Part shown: positions 1 to 9,428 of the stretch, piece by piece
Numbering within the stretch: the first letter of the stretch is position 1
Layout of the letters: each line of letters begins with the position of its first letter
Origin: Cupriavidus necator
Lineage (GTDB): Bacteria; Pseudomonadota; Gammaproteobacteria; Burkholderiales; Burkholderiaceae
Reading direction: 5' to 3'
DNA: 32,000 nt
NCBI RefSeq assembly: GCF_016127575.1
Contig: NZ_CP066018.1
Coordinates: forward strand, 3,630,001 to 3,662,000
Program-made: the position numbers and the translations under genes
Notes under the pieces: generated by a model
Seen by the model: only the letters and a program-made list of their open reading frames with translations
What the model was told of the DNA's origin: nothing
Databases searched by the model: none

Positions 1-79
1 ACTACTCTGTACTTACGCATGAACCGACACTGCCTCGTGCGTCGACTAAACCCTTCTCAAAAATGGAAGGAAAAAAATC

Positions 80-541
80 ATGCGCTTCCCCCTGAGACAT
101 GTGTCAGTCGCCTCGGCCGTCATGGCACTCTGTATGACGGCTTTGGCACAAAGCGCACCGGATCCCATCCGCCCTCCGGCAATCCTTCCACTCGAATCGG
201 AACAGGCACCAAAGCTGGTCTCGTATCCGCCGCTGGCCGAACCGTTGGCCCGCGGTGTCGTCATCGTGCAGTTCCGGACCCAACACTTCCGTGTCATGCC
301 TGTGTTCGGCAAGACCGCCGTCCAGATATCGCCGCGCATTGGGCATCTTCATGTAACTGTCGACGACTCGCACATTACCTGGGCACACACCAGCGAGGAT
401 CCCGTCATCGTAGTGGGGCTGCCGCCGGGCGCACACAAGCTTCGGCTCGAACTGGCCGATCCCAGTCACAAGATCCTGGCCACGGAGAGCGTCGCCTTTA
501 CCTTGCCTGATCCGAAGGCGCCGGCGGCGCACAAGCATTGA
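80..541 (+). CDS. Secreted hypothetical protein, DUF6130-like
   Basis: 153-aa ORF with a signal peptide (MRFPLRHVSVASAVMALCMTALAQSA) and a GGAAGGA RBS just upstream. The motif GHLHVTVDD...GLPPGAHKLRLELADPSHK matches my memory of DUF6130 periplasmic proteins; this was not searched. Confidence 0.6.
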   Translation: MRFPLRHVSVASAVMALCMTALAQSAPDPIRPPAILPLESEQAPKLVSYPPLAEPLARGVVIVQFRTQHFRVMPVFGKTAVQISPRIGHLHVTVDDSHITWAHTSEDPVIVVGLPPGAHKLRLELADPSHKILATESVAFTLPDPKAPAAHKH

Positions 542-731
542 TCGCTTGAAGTTCCGGCGGGCTTTTCGTGGTTTTGATGCGTCGCTGCATGTCCGCCGGT
601 TCAGTGGATAAGGCGATCGATCTGTTCTTGCCGGCCAGCAGCATGACGGGAGCAATAAGCACGAAGCCGATGCCCCAGGAGCGCAGCCACAGGACGACAA
701 ACTCTTCATTGAACCCGAGATTGAGAGGCAA
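498..731 (-). pseudogene. Possible DUF2798-like membrane protein remnant
   Basis: TTG-initiated 77-aa ORF bounded upstream by a stop. The first ~30 residues (GFNEEFVVLWLRSWGIGFVLIAPVMLLAG) resemble the Trp-rich TM unit of DUF2798 proteins (from memory). Its tail overlaps the convergent 80-541 CDS by 44 nt, so it is probably a truncated remnant. Confidence 0.25.
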
Positions 732-771
732 TTGAGACAGTTCGGTTGCGCCTCGGAAAATGCTGGGAGAC

Positions 772-2163
772 TTAAATCGGGTACTGTGGCGCTCCGCCCT
801 GAATGGTCATCCATTGCCACTGGGAAATTCCTCCCAGTTGGCCGCTCCGCCAATGCTGGTGCCATTGCCAGACGCGCCGACGCCGCCGACCGGGTTGATG
901 ACCTCGTCGTTGACGGTCTGGTCGTTGATATGCAGCATGCCGGTACGCAGGCGTTCCCCAATGCGCAATGCCCGACCGACATTGCTGGAAACAATGCCCA
1001 TCGACAGCCCGTACTCGGTACGGTTGGCCAGCGCAATCGCTTCTTCATCCGTGTCGACGGCACCACCACGGCCACCGGCCCGAATATCTCTTCGCTGAAG
1101 GCCGGGCTATCCGGTGTCACGTCGCAACGATCCTGGCAACATTGTCGCGCTGGCCTTCATTGATCAACGGCCCGAGCGCGACGTCACCTTCAACGGGATC
1201 CCCGACCGTCAGGCTCGCGGCCTTGGCGGCCAGCTTCTCGACGAACCGGTCGTGAATGGCACGCTGTACCAGCACACGGTCGGTGGCCATGCAGATCTGG
1301 CCCTGGTGCAGGAAGCTACCCCAGGCGGTGTTTGCAACCGCGAGATCGAGATCGGCATCATCGAGGATAATCAGCGAATTCTTGCCGCCCAGCTCCAGCG
1401 AAACCTTCTTCAGGTGCCGGCCCGCGGCCTCCCCGACCTTGCGGCCAGCAGCCGTGGAGCCAGTGAACTGAATCATCGCCACATTTGGATCGGCCGTCAG
1501 CGCAGCACCGGCGGCACCATCGCCCGGCAGCACGTGCAGCGCGCAAGCCGGCAGGCCGGCGAGTTCAAACAGCCGCGCGACCACGAAGCCACCGCATACC
1601 GCCGTGCGGTGATCGGGCTTGAGCACCACCGCGTTGCCCAGCGCCAGCGCCAGCGCAGCGGCCCGCATCGCCAGGTAGAGCGGGAAATTGAACGGCGAGA
1701 TCACGCCGACTACGCCAAGCGGGCGCCGGCGTGCCAGCGACAGCCGCCCGGGCACGGAAGGCAATACCTCCCCGGCGGAGCGCGATGGCAGCCCTGCGGC
1801 TTCCTGCAGGACCTTGATGGTGATCGTGGTCTCGAACGCCGCCTTCGCTCGCGTGGAGCCGCCTTCGCGCACGATCCAGCCGACGATCTCATCGAAATGC
1901 GTCTCGGCAACTCGCACAGCCCTGCGCAGCACACCTGCTCGTTCTTCATAGTGCAGGTTGGCCCAGCCCGGCAATGCCTTCGCCGCGGCCTCGGCCGAAC
2001 TGGCAATCATCGAAGCATCGGCCATGCCGATACGCCCCAGTTCCCGGCCAGTAGCGGGCTCGATCACGCCGGTCGCGAAGCTGCCGGCCTGCCAGCGCCC
2101 GGTAAAGAGCTGGTCAGTCCAGATGCTCTTGTCGAGCAAGCCGGGGGAATGCGTGAGATTCAT
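772..2163 (-). pseudogene. NAD(P)-dependent aldehyde dehydrogenase, disrupted (internal deletion plus two frameshifts)
   Basis: ALDH homology is spread over several minus-strand frames. Frame 1117-2163 gives the N-terminal 348 aa with ELGGKN and GQICMA. The segment from 1120 reads VTPDSPAFSEEIFGPVAVVVP. The region ~830-1055 reads DTDEEAIALANRTEYGLSMGIVSS...HINDQTVNDE...NWEEF. The tail 772-826 reads QWQWMTIQGGAPQYPI-stop. About 45 codons are missing at ~1117-1120, and 1-nt frameshifts lie near 1053-1060 and 820-830. Confidence 0.85.
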
Positions 2164-2345
2164 GAAAACCCCATTCCTGCGGTGTTGTGGTGTGCCGAAT
2201 GACGCGCAGGAACACTCCTTCCCGCGCGCAGTCGCGCACGATCCTCACCGCATGACGGTGGTCCGAGCAACTAAAGCCGGCGATTCACAAGATCGCCTCC
2301 ACGCTTCGATCCCCATGAAATGCGCGGGAGAATCGAGCGCGGACC

Positions 2346-2903
2346 TCAAACGCTCTTGCGTGAGCCCGCGCGCGTAGGCGCAGCCCTTTCGCCCCGCCGG
2401 TTGGCCGCACGATCCGACAGCCAGTTGACAACCTGCACCCCGTAGCTGGCCGGCGTCTTGTCATTGACGCGCTGAGAAAGGTCGGCCAGGGTATGCCGTT
2501 TCAGTTCCGCTCGCATAGCCTTCTCTGCAGCCTGCATGACAGCCTGAATCGAGCAGACGCCACGCGTCGCCCAACCCGGTGCGTCATCATTGAAGACGGC
2601 ACAGCGCCCGCGGATCTCGAGGCAGTCGAACAGCGGCTTCTCGCCATCGATCGCGACCACGACATCGTGAACGGTAATGTGGTTGGCGGGCCGCGCAAGC
2701 CGGAATCCGCCCTTGATGCCCTCAGTGGCAACTACCAGCTTAGCCTTGGCCAACTTGGTGAACAGCTTGGCCAGGAAATCGTGTGGAACGCCCTGAAGCT
2801 CAGCCAGATCACGGACACTCGCTTCTTCCACGGCCGACTGCGAATGCGTCAGGTACAGCAGGCAGTGGAGGCTGTATTCAACGCCTGTACTGATTTGGGA
2901 CAT
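2346..2903 (-). CDS. Rrf2-family transcriptional regulator
   Basis: 185 aa. The N-terminal wHTH is typical of Rrf2/IscR/NsrR (MSQISTGVEYSLHCLLYL...VRDLAELQGVPHDFLAKLFTKLAKAKLVVATEGIKGGFRLARP). Cys94, Cys101 and Cys117 form a C-X6-C-X15-C cluster region. Palindromic box A sits 5 nt upstream of the ATG. Confidence 0.9.
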   Translation of the reverse strand: MSQISTGVEYSLHCLLYLTHSQSAVEEASVRDLAELQGVPHDFLAKLFTKLAKAKLVVATEGIKGGFRLARPANHITVHDVVVAIDGEKPLFDCLEIRGRCAVFNDDAPGWATRGVCSIQAVMQAAEKAMRAELKRHTLADLSQRVNDKTPASYGVQVVNWLSDRAANRRGERAAPTRAGSRKSV

Positions 2904-2907
2904 GGCA

Positions 2908-2932
2908 TACTAGGACTTTGTGTATCGTAGTT
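2908..2932 (-). promoter_or_regulatory. Palindromic box A (TACTAGGA-N9-TCGTAGTT) at the Rrf2 gene start
   Basis: An 8-9-8 inverted repeat with 2 arm mismatches and the same core and 9-nt A/T-rich spacer as boxes B-F. It lies 5 nt upstream of the Rrf2 ATG (2901-2903). No SD sequence is visible, so the mRNA may be leaderless or short-leader. Confidence 0.55.
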
Positions 2933-3101
2933 GCAATGCTATACAACTTCCGTGGGGTCCGCAAGGCAAAGGACATGCCGTTGGCAGTCACGGCAACCGG
3001 ACCGATAACCGGCTTCCGGTCGCCCGGCGCCCGGTGCCTGGCTGGTGTGAGCGACAAGCCTCCTGATACGCACTGAAACACACCCGGCAGCAGGCACGCC
3101 G

Positions 3102-4592
3102 TCAGGATGGTTTCCGCTGCCCCCATCCGCCGCCGAGGCTGCGCACCAGCGACACCGTCGCCGCGGCACGCAAGCCTGCCACCGCATTGGCATCGCGCTG
3201 CGACTGCAGCACGGTGCGATCGGCGTCGATCACGGTCAGGTAGTCGACGGCACCGGCATCGTAGCGGCTGCGCGAGATGCCCTGGGCCCGTTTCGCGCCG
3301 GCCAGGGCGCCGTCGAGCGCCGTGGCCTGCTGGCTGAGCCAGCGCACATCGGCCAGGCCGTCCTCCACCTCACGGAATGCCGACAGCACTGTCTGCCGGT
3401 AGCGCGCCACGCTCTCCTCGTGCGCGGCGCGGGCGCCAGCAAGGCTTGATCGGTTGCGGCCACCGTCGAACACGGTCTGCGCCACCGTCGAACCGACCAG
3501 CGGACCCAGCAGCCATGTGCGCGACGACCACTTGAACAGGTTCGACAGGTCCGACGACTCGAAGCCGAACAGCGCCGTGAGCGAGATGCGCGGGAAAAAC
3601 ACCGCGCGGGCGATGCCGATGCGCGCATTGGCCGCCGCCATCTGGCGTTCCGCCGCCGCAATATCGGGCCGGCGCTCGAGCAGTTCCGACGGCAGCCCCG
3701 CCGGCACGGCCACCGGAGCGGTATCGAACGGCCGGGCGGCGAGTCCGAACTGCGCGGGCGCCACGCCGGTCAGTACGGCCAGTGCATGTTCCTGGTTGGC
3801 GCGGCGGCGCTCGATGCTGGCCAGGCCGGAGCGCGCCGCGCCTAGTTCGCTTTCGGCGCGGGCCGGATCCAGGTCGGTGGCCTCCCCTGCTTCGTACCGC
3901 GTGCGCAGCAGCGACAGCGCGCCCTCACGCAGCCTGATCGTCGCATTGAGCAGCTCGCGGTCACTGTCCAGGGTGCGCAGCGCGAAGTAGGCCTGCGCCA
4001 CGTCGGCCTGCAGCGCCAGCTGCACGGACCGGTACAGTTCCTCGGCACCCCGCTCGTCGGCGCGCGCGGCGTCCACGCTGCTGGCCACGCGGCCGAATAG
4101 GTCGAGTTCGTAGCTGGCGAATGCGCGGGCCTTGAGCACCGTCTGGGGCGCCACGCGCGCGCCATCGGGCAGCCCCTGCGAGGCGGCCGACGGCTGCGAG
4201 CGAGTCGGGTCCAGGCCCACGCTCAGTTGCGGATACCGCGCCGCCTCGGTGGCGCCGGTGAACGCACGCGCCTGCTTCAGGCGCGCCGCCGCCGCGGCCA
4301 GCTCCTGGTTGTGAACGTTGGCTGCATCGATCAGCCGGTCCAGATCGGCATCACCAAACAGCTTCCACCACTCACCGCGCTGCTGGCCTTCGTCCGGCGT
4401 GGCGGTCTTCCATTGCGCGCTCTCGGCCGCGGCGGCCTCGGCTTCCTTGAACGTGGAGGCACTGGGTGTCTCCGGCACCTTGTAGGTCGGCGCCAGCGAG
4501 CAGCCGGCCAGGAGCAGCGCGGCCGCCATGGCCGCAAGCCTTGGCACGTTCCGCTTCGTCGCATCGCTAATGTTATGCATGTCTTTCACCAT
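3102..4592 (-). CDS. RND efflux outer-membrane factor lipoprotein, NodT family (OprN/OpcM-like)
   Basis: The start is taken at MVKDMHNISD...AAMAAALLLAGCSLAPTYKVPE (lipobox LAGC). The ATG shares one base with the stop of the upstream RND gene (TAATG at 4590-4594). The longer 636-aa track ORF is an artefactual 5' extension into the RND gene. Confidence 0.9.
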   Translation of the reverse strand: MVKDMHNISDATKRNVPRLAAMAAALLLAGCSLAPTYKVPETPSASTFKEAEAAAAESAQWKTATPDEGQQRGEWWKLFGDADLDRLIDAANVHNQELAAAAARLKQARAFTGATEAARYPQLSVGLDPTRSQPSAASQGLPDGARVAPQTVLKARAFASYELDLFGRVASSVDAARADERGAEELYRSVQLALQADVAQAYFALRTLDSDRELLNATIRLREGALSLLRTRYEAGEATDLDPARAESELGAARSGLASIERRRANQEHALAVLTGVAPAQFGLAARPFDTAPVAVPAGLPSELLERRPDIAAAERQMAAANARIGIARAVFFPRISLTALFGFESSDLSNLFKWSSRTWLLGPLVGSTVAQTVFDGGRNRSSLAGARAAHEESVARYRQTVLSAFREVEDGLADVRWLSQQATALDGALAGAKRAQGISRSRYDAGAVDYLTVIDADRTVLQSQRDANAVAGLRAAATVSLVRSLGGGWGQRKPS

Positions 4593-7500
4593 TACTCTGC
4601 GGACGCCACGGCGTGCGCGACCTTTGCATCCGTCGACACCGCCGCGCGGCGCTGGCCGCGCGTGGCCAGCAGGCGCAACGCCACATAGAACACCGGCGTC
4701 AGGAACAGTCCGAAGAAGGTCACGCCGAGCATCCCCGCGAACACCGCCACCCCCATGGCCTGGCGCATTTCCGCGCCGGCGCCGCTCGACACCACCAACG
4801 GCACCACGCCCATGATGAAGGCGAACGAGGTCATCAGGATCGGACGCAAGCGCAGGCGGCTGGCCTCGATCGCGGCCTCGACCACGGTGCGGCCGTGATG
4901 CTCCAGCTCGCGCGCGAACTCGACGATCAGGATCGCGTTCTTGGCCGATAGCCCCACCAGCACGATGAAGCCGATCTGCGTGAAGATGTTGTTGTCCCCT
5001 TGCGTCAGCCATACGCCCGTCATGGCAGCCAGCAGGCTCGTCGGCACGATCAGGATCACGGCCAGCGGCAGCGTCAGGCTCTCATACTGGGCAGCCAGCA
5101 CCAGGAACACCAGCAGCACGCACAGCGGGAAGATCCACACACCCGCGTTGCCGGCCAGGATGTCCTGGTAGGTCAGCTCGGTCCATTCGAAGCCGATGCC
5201 CTTCGGCAGGGTTTCGGCAGCGATGCGCTCGGCGGCAGCCTGCGCCTGGCCCGACGAGAAGCCCAGCGCCGGGCCGCCATTCAGGTCGGCGGCAGTGAAG
5301 CCGTTGTAGCGGATCACGCTGTCCGGGCCAAAGCCTTGCTTGACCTGCACCAGCGACGACAGCGGCACCATCTCGCCGCTGGCGCTGCGCGCCTTCAGCT
5401 GCAGGATATCCTCGGCATGCTGGCGGTACTGCGCATCTGCCTGCACCTTGACCTGGTAGGTACGGCCAAACTTGTTGAAGTCGTTGACGTAGGCCGAACC
5501 CAGGTAGGTCTGCAGCGTATCGAACACATCGGTCACCGGCACGCCGAGCTGCTTGGCCTTGGTACGGTCGAGCTGCACATCAAGCTGCGGCACGTTCACC
5601 TGGTAGTTGCTGAAGATGCCGGCAAGCTCAGGCGTGGCGCGCGCCTTGGTCATGAACGAGTTGGTGGCGTCGAACAGGGCGTCATAGCCCAGTGCGGCGC
5701 GGTCCTCGATCATCAGCTTGAAACCGCCGATCGTGCCCAGGTCCTGCACCGGCGGCGGCGGGAACACGGCAATGAACGCGTCCTGGATCGCGCCATACTC
5801 CTTGTTCAGGTCCGCGGCAATGGCCTTGCCCGACAGCTCCTTGCTCTTGCGCTTCTCGAACGGGTCAAGCGTGACAAAGACGATGCCGGCGCTCGGGCTG
5901 TTGGTGAAGCCGTTGATCGACAGGCCCGGGTAGGCAACGGCCGATTCCACGCCCGGATGCTTGAGCGCGATCTCCGACATGCGGCGCGTCACGTCCTCGG
6001 TGCGATCCAACGTAGCGCCGTCGGGCAGCTTGGCAAAGCTCACCAGGTACTGCTTGTCCTGCGCCGGCACGAAGCCCTTCGGCACGAGCTGGAACACGCC
6101 CCAGGCGGCCACCAGCATCACGGCGTAGACGCCAAATACCGAGCCCTTGCGGCGGATCACACCCTTCACGCCACGGCCATAGCTTTCGGAGCTGCGGCCG
6201 AAGAAGCGGTTGAAGCGGACGAAGAACTTGCCGAGGACCTTGTCCATGCCACGCGTCAGCCAGTCCTTGGGCGCGTCATGGCTCTTGAGCAGCAGGGCCG
6301 ACAGCGCGGGAGACAGCGTCAGCGAGTTGAAGGCCGAGATGATGGTCGAGATCGAGATGGTCAGCGCGAACTGCTTGTAGAACTGGCCGGTCAGGCCCGT
6401 CATGAAGGCCAGCGGCACGAACACAGCGATCAGCGTCAGCGCGATGGCGATGATGGGGCCGCTGACTTCGCGCATGGCCTTGTAGGTGGCCTCCTTCGGC
6501 GTCAGCCCCTCTTCGATGTTCCGCTCGACGTTCTCGACCACCACGATGGCATCGTCGACCACGATACCGATGGCCAGCACCAGCCCAAATAGCGACAGCG
6601 CATTGATCGAGAAGCCGAACGCATGCATCAGCCCGAAGGTACCGACAATCGACACCGGCACCGCCAGCAGCGGGATGATCGACGCGCGCCACGTCTGCAG
6701 GAACAGGATCACCACCAGCACCACCAGCACGATCGCCTCGAACAGCGTGTGGACCACCGCCTCGATGCTGTGGCGCACGAACTGCGTGGGGTCATAGACG
6801 ATGCTGTAGGCCACGCCTTCCGGCATGTTCTGCTTCAGCTCGGCCATGGTCTTGCGCACCTCGTTCGAGATCTCGATCGCGTTCGCCCCCGGTGACTGGA
6901 AGATCAGCAGTGACAGGGCGGACTTGTTGTCCAGCTGCGAACGCAGCGCGTATTCCGAAGCACCCAGTTCGATGCGCGCAATGTCCTTCAGGTACGTGAC
7001 CACACCGTCAGGCGAGGTCTTGGCGATGATGTCGCCGAACTCTTCCACGGTCTGCAGCCGGCCCTGCGCGTTCACCGACAGCTGCAGGTCGGTGCCCGGC
7101 AGCGTCGGCGACTGGCCGAGCACGCCTGCCGCCACCTGCACGTTCTGCTCGCGGATGGCGCGCACCACGTCCGACGCGGCGAGCCCGCGCTCGGCGATCT
7201 TCTCCGGATTCAGCCACACTCGCATCGAGTAGTCACCCGCGCCGAACAACCGCACCTGGCCGACGCCCTGGATCCGCGCGATGCGGTCCTTCACGTTGAT
7301 CAGCGCGTAGTTGCGCAGATAGGTCGTGTCATAGCGGTCGTTGGGCGAGACCAGGTGCACCACCATGGTCAGGTCGGGCGAACTCTTGACCGTGGTGATG
7401 CCCAGGCGGCGCACATCTTCCGGCAGGCGCGGCTCGGCCTGCGAGACACGGTTCTGCACGAGCTGCTGGGCCTTGTCCGGATCGGTGCCCAGCTTGAAGG

Positions 7501-7783
7501 TCACCGTCAGCGTCAGCGTGCCGTCGGTATTCGCCTGCGAGTTCATGTAGAGCATGTCCTCGACGCCGTTGATCTGCTCTTCCAGCGGCGTGGCCACGGT
7601 TTCGGCGATCACCTTAGGGTTGGCGCCCGGGAACTGCGCGCGCACCACCACTGACGGCGGCACCACTTCCGGGTACTCCGAGACCGGCAAATTGAACATC
7701 GAGATGGCGCCGATCAGGAAGATCAGCACCGACAGCACGCCCGCGAAGATCGGGCGGTCGACAAAAAATTTCGAGAAATTCAT
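4592..7783 (-). CDS. RND multidrug efflux permease, HAE1 family (MexF/BpeF/CeoB-like)
   Basis: 1063 aa, uninterrupted. The N-terminus MNFSKFFVDRPIFAGVLSVLIFLIGAISMFNLPVSEYPEVVPPSVVVRAQFPGANPKVIAETVATPLEE closely follows MexF-type pumps as I remember them. It shows the 12-TM AcrB-like architecture. Confidence 0.95.
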   Translation of the reverse strand: MNFSKFFVDRPIFAGVLSVLIFLIGAISMFNLPVSEYPEVVPPSVVVRAQFPGANPKVIAETVATPLEEQINGVEDMLYMNSQANTDGTLTLTVTFKLGTDPDKAQQLVQNRVSQAEPRLPEDVRRLGITTVKSSPDLTMVVHLVSPNDRYDTTYLRNYALINVKDRIARIQGVGQVRLFGAGDYSMRVWLNPEKIAERGLAASDVVRAIREQNVQVAAGVLGQSPTLPGTDLQLSVNAQGRLQTVEEFGDIIAKTSPDGVVTYLKDIARIELGASEYALRSQLDNKSALSLLIFQSPGANAIEISNEVRKTMAELKQNMPEGVAYSIVYDPTQFVRHSIEAVVHTLFEAIVLVVLVVILFLQTWRASIIPLLAVPVSIVGTFGLMHAFGFSINALSLFGLVLAIGIVVDDAIVVVENVERNIEEGLTPKEATYKAMREVSGPIIAIALTLIAVFVPLAFMTGLTGQFYKQFALTISISTIISAFNSLTLSPALSALLLKSHDAPKDWLTRGMDKVLGKFFVRFNRFFGRSSESYGRGVKGVIRRKGSVFGVYAVMLVAAWGVFQLVPKGFVPAQDKQYLVSFAKLPDGATLDRTEDVTRRMSEIALKHPGVESAVAYPGLSINGFTNSPSAGIVFVTLDPFEKRKSKELSGKAIAADLNKEYGAIQDAFIAVFPPPPVQDLGTIGGFKLMIEDRAALGYDALFDATNSFMTKARATPELAGIFSNYQVNVPQLDVQLDRTKAKQLGVPVTDVFDTLQTYLGSAYVNDFNKFGRTYQVKVQADAQYRQHAEDILQLKARSASGEMVPLSSLVQVKQGFGPDSVIRYNGFTAADLNGGPALGFSSGQAQAAAERIAAETLPKGIGFEWTELTYQDILAGNAGVWIFPLCVLLVFLVLAAQYESLTLPLAVILIVPTSLLAAMTGVWLTQGDNNIFTQIGFIVLVGLSAKNAILIVEFARELEHHGRTVVEAAIEASRLRLRPILMTSFAFIMGVVPLVVSSGAGAEMRQAMGVAVFAGMLGVTFFGLFLTPVFYVALRLLATRGQRRAAVSTDAKVAHAVASAE

Positions 7784-7885
7784 CTTGGTCTCGGCGAAAG
7801 CAGTCCCCGCTGGCGGTCCGCCGGAGCGGACGCCAGTGCAATCTCAGGGGAGAATTCCAGTTCGGTCTGTGGCGGAGGGTGGGAC

Positions 7886-9127
7886 TCAGCTCATCCTGGC
7901 CTTTCCGGCCTTCGCGTCAGCTGCGGCCTGCTTGCGATCCGTCGTGCTGCCACGCGACTCCAGTTCGCTGCGGTAGGCCATCGCTACCGGCTTCGGGGTC
8001 ACGGTGTCGCCGGGGCGCACGCGCGTCAGGCCATTCACGACGATGTTCTCGCCCGGTCGCAGACCCTTGCGGATCACACGCAGCCCTTCGTACGTCGGCC
8101 CCAGTTCGACTTCGCGGTACGCGAGCTTGTTGGCCTTTTCCACCAGGAGCACGAACTTCTTGCCCTGGTCGGTGCCTATGGCGCGATCGTTGACCAGCGC
8201 GGCGGGATATGGCGAGCCGCCGCCGAGCTTGACCTTCGCGTACAGGCCCGGCAGCAGGCGGCGGTCCTCATTGTCGAAGACGGCGCGCACGCGGATCGTA
8301 CCGCTGCGCGTGTCGAGCCGGTTGTCGATCGAATGAATCCGGCCCTTGTGCGGATTGCCATCCTCGTTGGCCAGGCCCAGGAATACCGGCAGGTCTCCCT
8401 TGCCGCCACCAGCGCCCGGCGTCGTGTAGCGCAGGTAGCTCTGCTCGTCGACATCGAAGCTCGCGTACACCGGCGAGACCGATACCACCGTGGTCAGCGG
8501 CGGCGATGCCGCGCCGGCCGCCACAAGGTTTCCCACCGTGATCTCGGCACGCGACACCCGGCCCGTGACCGGTGCAACGACGCGCGTGTAGCCCAGGTTC
8601 AGCTTCGCCACCTCCAGCGCCGCCTGCGCACCACGGACGTCGGCCGACGTCTCGCTGGCCGCGTTGATGCGCTCATCGAACTCGCGGCGCGAGATCGCGT
8701 TATCGTCGAGCAGGCGTTGCGCGCGCGCCTTCTCGGTCTGTGCATGCGATGCACGTACCTGCGCCGCTGCCAGTACCGCCTCGGCGCGCGCCACTTCGGC
8801 CGCATACGAGCGCGGATCGATCGTGAACAGCGGGTCGCCCTTCGTCACGATCGAGCCATCGCGGAAATGCACCGTTTCGATCGCGCCGGACACACGTGGA
8901 CGGATCTCAACACGATCCACAGCCTCGATGCGGCCCGAGAATTCATCCCATTCGGTGATGATGGTCTGGCCCACCACTGCCGCCACTTCCACCGCCGGGG
9001 TCGGCGGCGGCATGGTCGCCTGTGCTTCCCCGCCGTGCCAGGGACGCAGTACCGAGGCTGCCACGCCGGCCCCCAGGATTGCCACGAAGGCAATGGCGAG
9101 CAGTGTGTGTCGAGACTTGCGATTCAT
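7886..9127 (-). CDS. RND efflux periplasmic adaptor (MFP, MexE-like)
   Basis: 413 aa with an N-terminal membrane anchor, coiled-coil hairpin and beta-barrel regions typical of the HlyD/AcrA family. A GGAG RBS lies 8 nt upstream. It is the first gene of the MFP-RND-OMF operon. Confidence 0.9.
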   Translation of the reverse strand: MNRKSRHTLLAIAFVAILGAGVAASVLRPWHGGEAQATMPPPTPAVEVAAVVGQTIITEWDEFSGRIEAVDRVEIRPRVSGAIETVHFRDGSIVTKGDPLFTIDPRSYAAEVARAEAVLAAAQVRASHAQTEKARAQRLLDDNAISRREFDERINAASETSADVRGAQAALEVAKLNLGYTRVVAPVTGRVSRAEITVGNLVAAGAASPPLTTVVSVSPVYASFDVDEQSYLRYTTPGAGGGKGDLPVFLGLANEDGNPHKGRIHSIDNRLDTRSGTIRVRAVFDNEDRRLLPGLYAKVKLGGGSPYPAALVNDRAIGTDQGKKFVLLVEKANKLAYREVELGPTYEGLRVIRKGLRPGENIVVNGLTRVRPGDTVTPKPVAMAYRSELESRGSTTDRKQAAADAKAGKARMS

Positions 9128-9200
9128 CTTTCTTCACTCCATACATCTTTGAGATTCCAGAGTCGAGTCTTACCCCCGTGCAGCGCATCTTGGCATATCG

Positions 9201-9243
9201 GCGACCCATAACTACGATTATATTAGTCGTAGTTATGGGTCGC
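9201..9243 (-). promoter_or_regulatory. Palindromic box B, perfect 17-9-17, overlapping a sigma70-like promoter of the efflux operon
   Basis: GCGACCCATAACTACGA-TTATATTAG-TCGTAGTTATGGGTCGC, with perfectly complementary arms. On the minus strand the -35 is TTGCGA (9240-9245). A 17-nt spacer follows, then -10 TATAAT (9217-9222). The box lies 75 nt upstream of the MFP start. Confidence 0.75.
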
Positions 9244-9428
9244 AAGATATTTCTTGATCGAGCAACGTTGTCCACCTGCATGTGCAGCGGTGAGATCGTG
9301 TCGCGGGCGTTGTATGAAGTTGAGCCGACAACCTCCGCGTCGTCTTTCTGCGGCCGACCGGGGCCGGTGCGCGCGTCCAGCCCATCACGCCGGATCTGGC
9401 GAAGCGGCTTCGGAGGTTGCGCGGATGC

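Noticed and set aside
1114-2202. 362-aa + strand ORF, with similar long antisense ORFs at 21077-22168 (+), 18082-18936 (-), 19140-20033 (-) and 30224-31576 (-)
   Set aside because: All are antisense to CDSs with clear family signatures and are Arg/Ala/Gly/Pro-rich. These are GC-driven open frames, not genes.
4593-5012. N-terminal 140-aa extension of the OMF ORF (the track gives 636 aa)
   Set aside because: The extension overlaps the 3' end of the RND gene out of frame and is Arg/Gly-rich. A lipoprotein signal peptide with a lipobox starts at the internal Met at 4592.
5000-6592. 530-aa ORF on the + strand inside the RND permease gene
   Set aside because: It is antisense to a full-length, strongly recognisable permease. 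The composition is Arg/His/Gly/Ala-rich and low-complexity, typical of spurious open frames in high-GC DNA. It has no RBS or recognisable domain.
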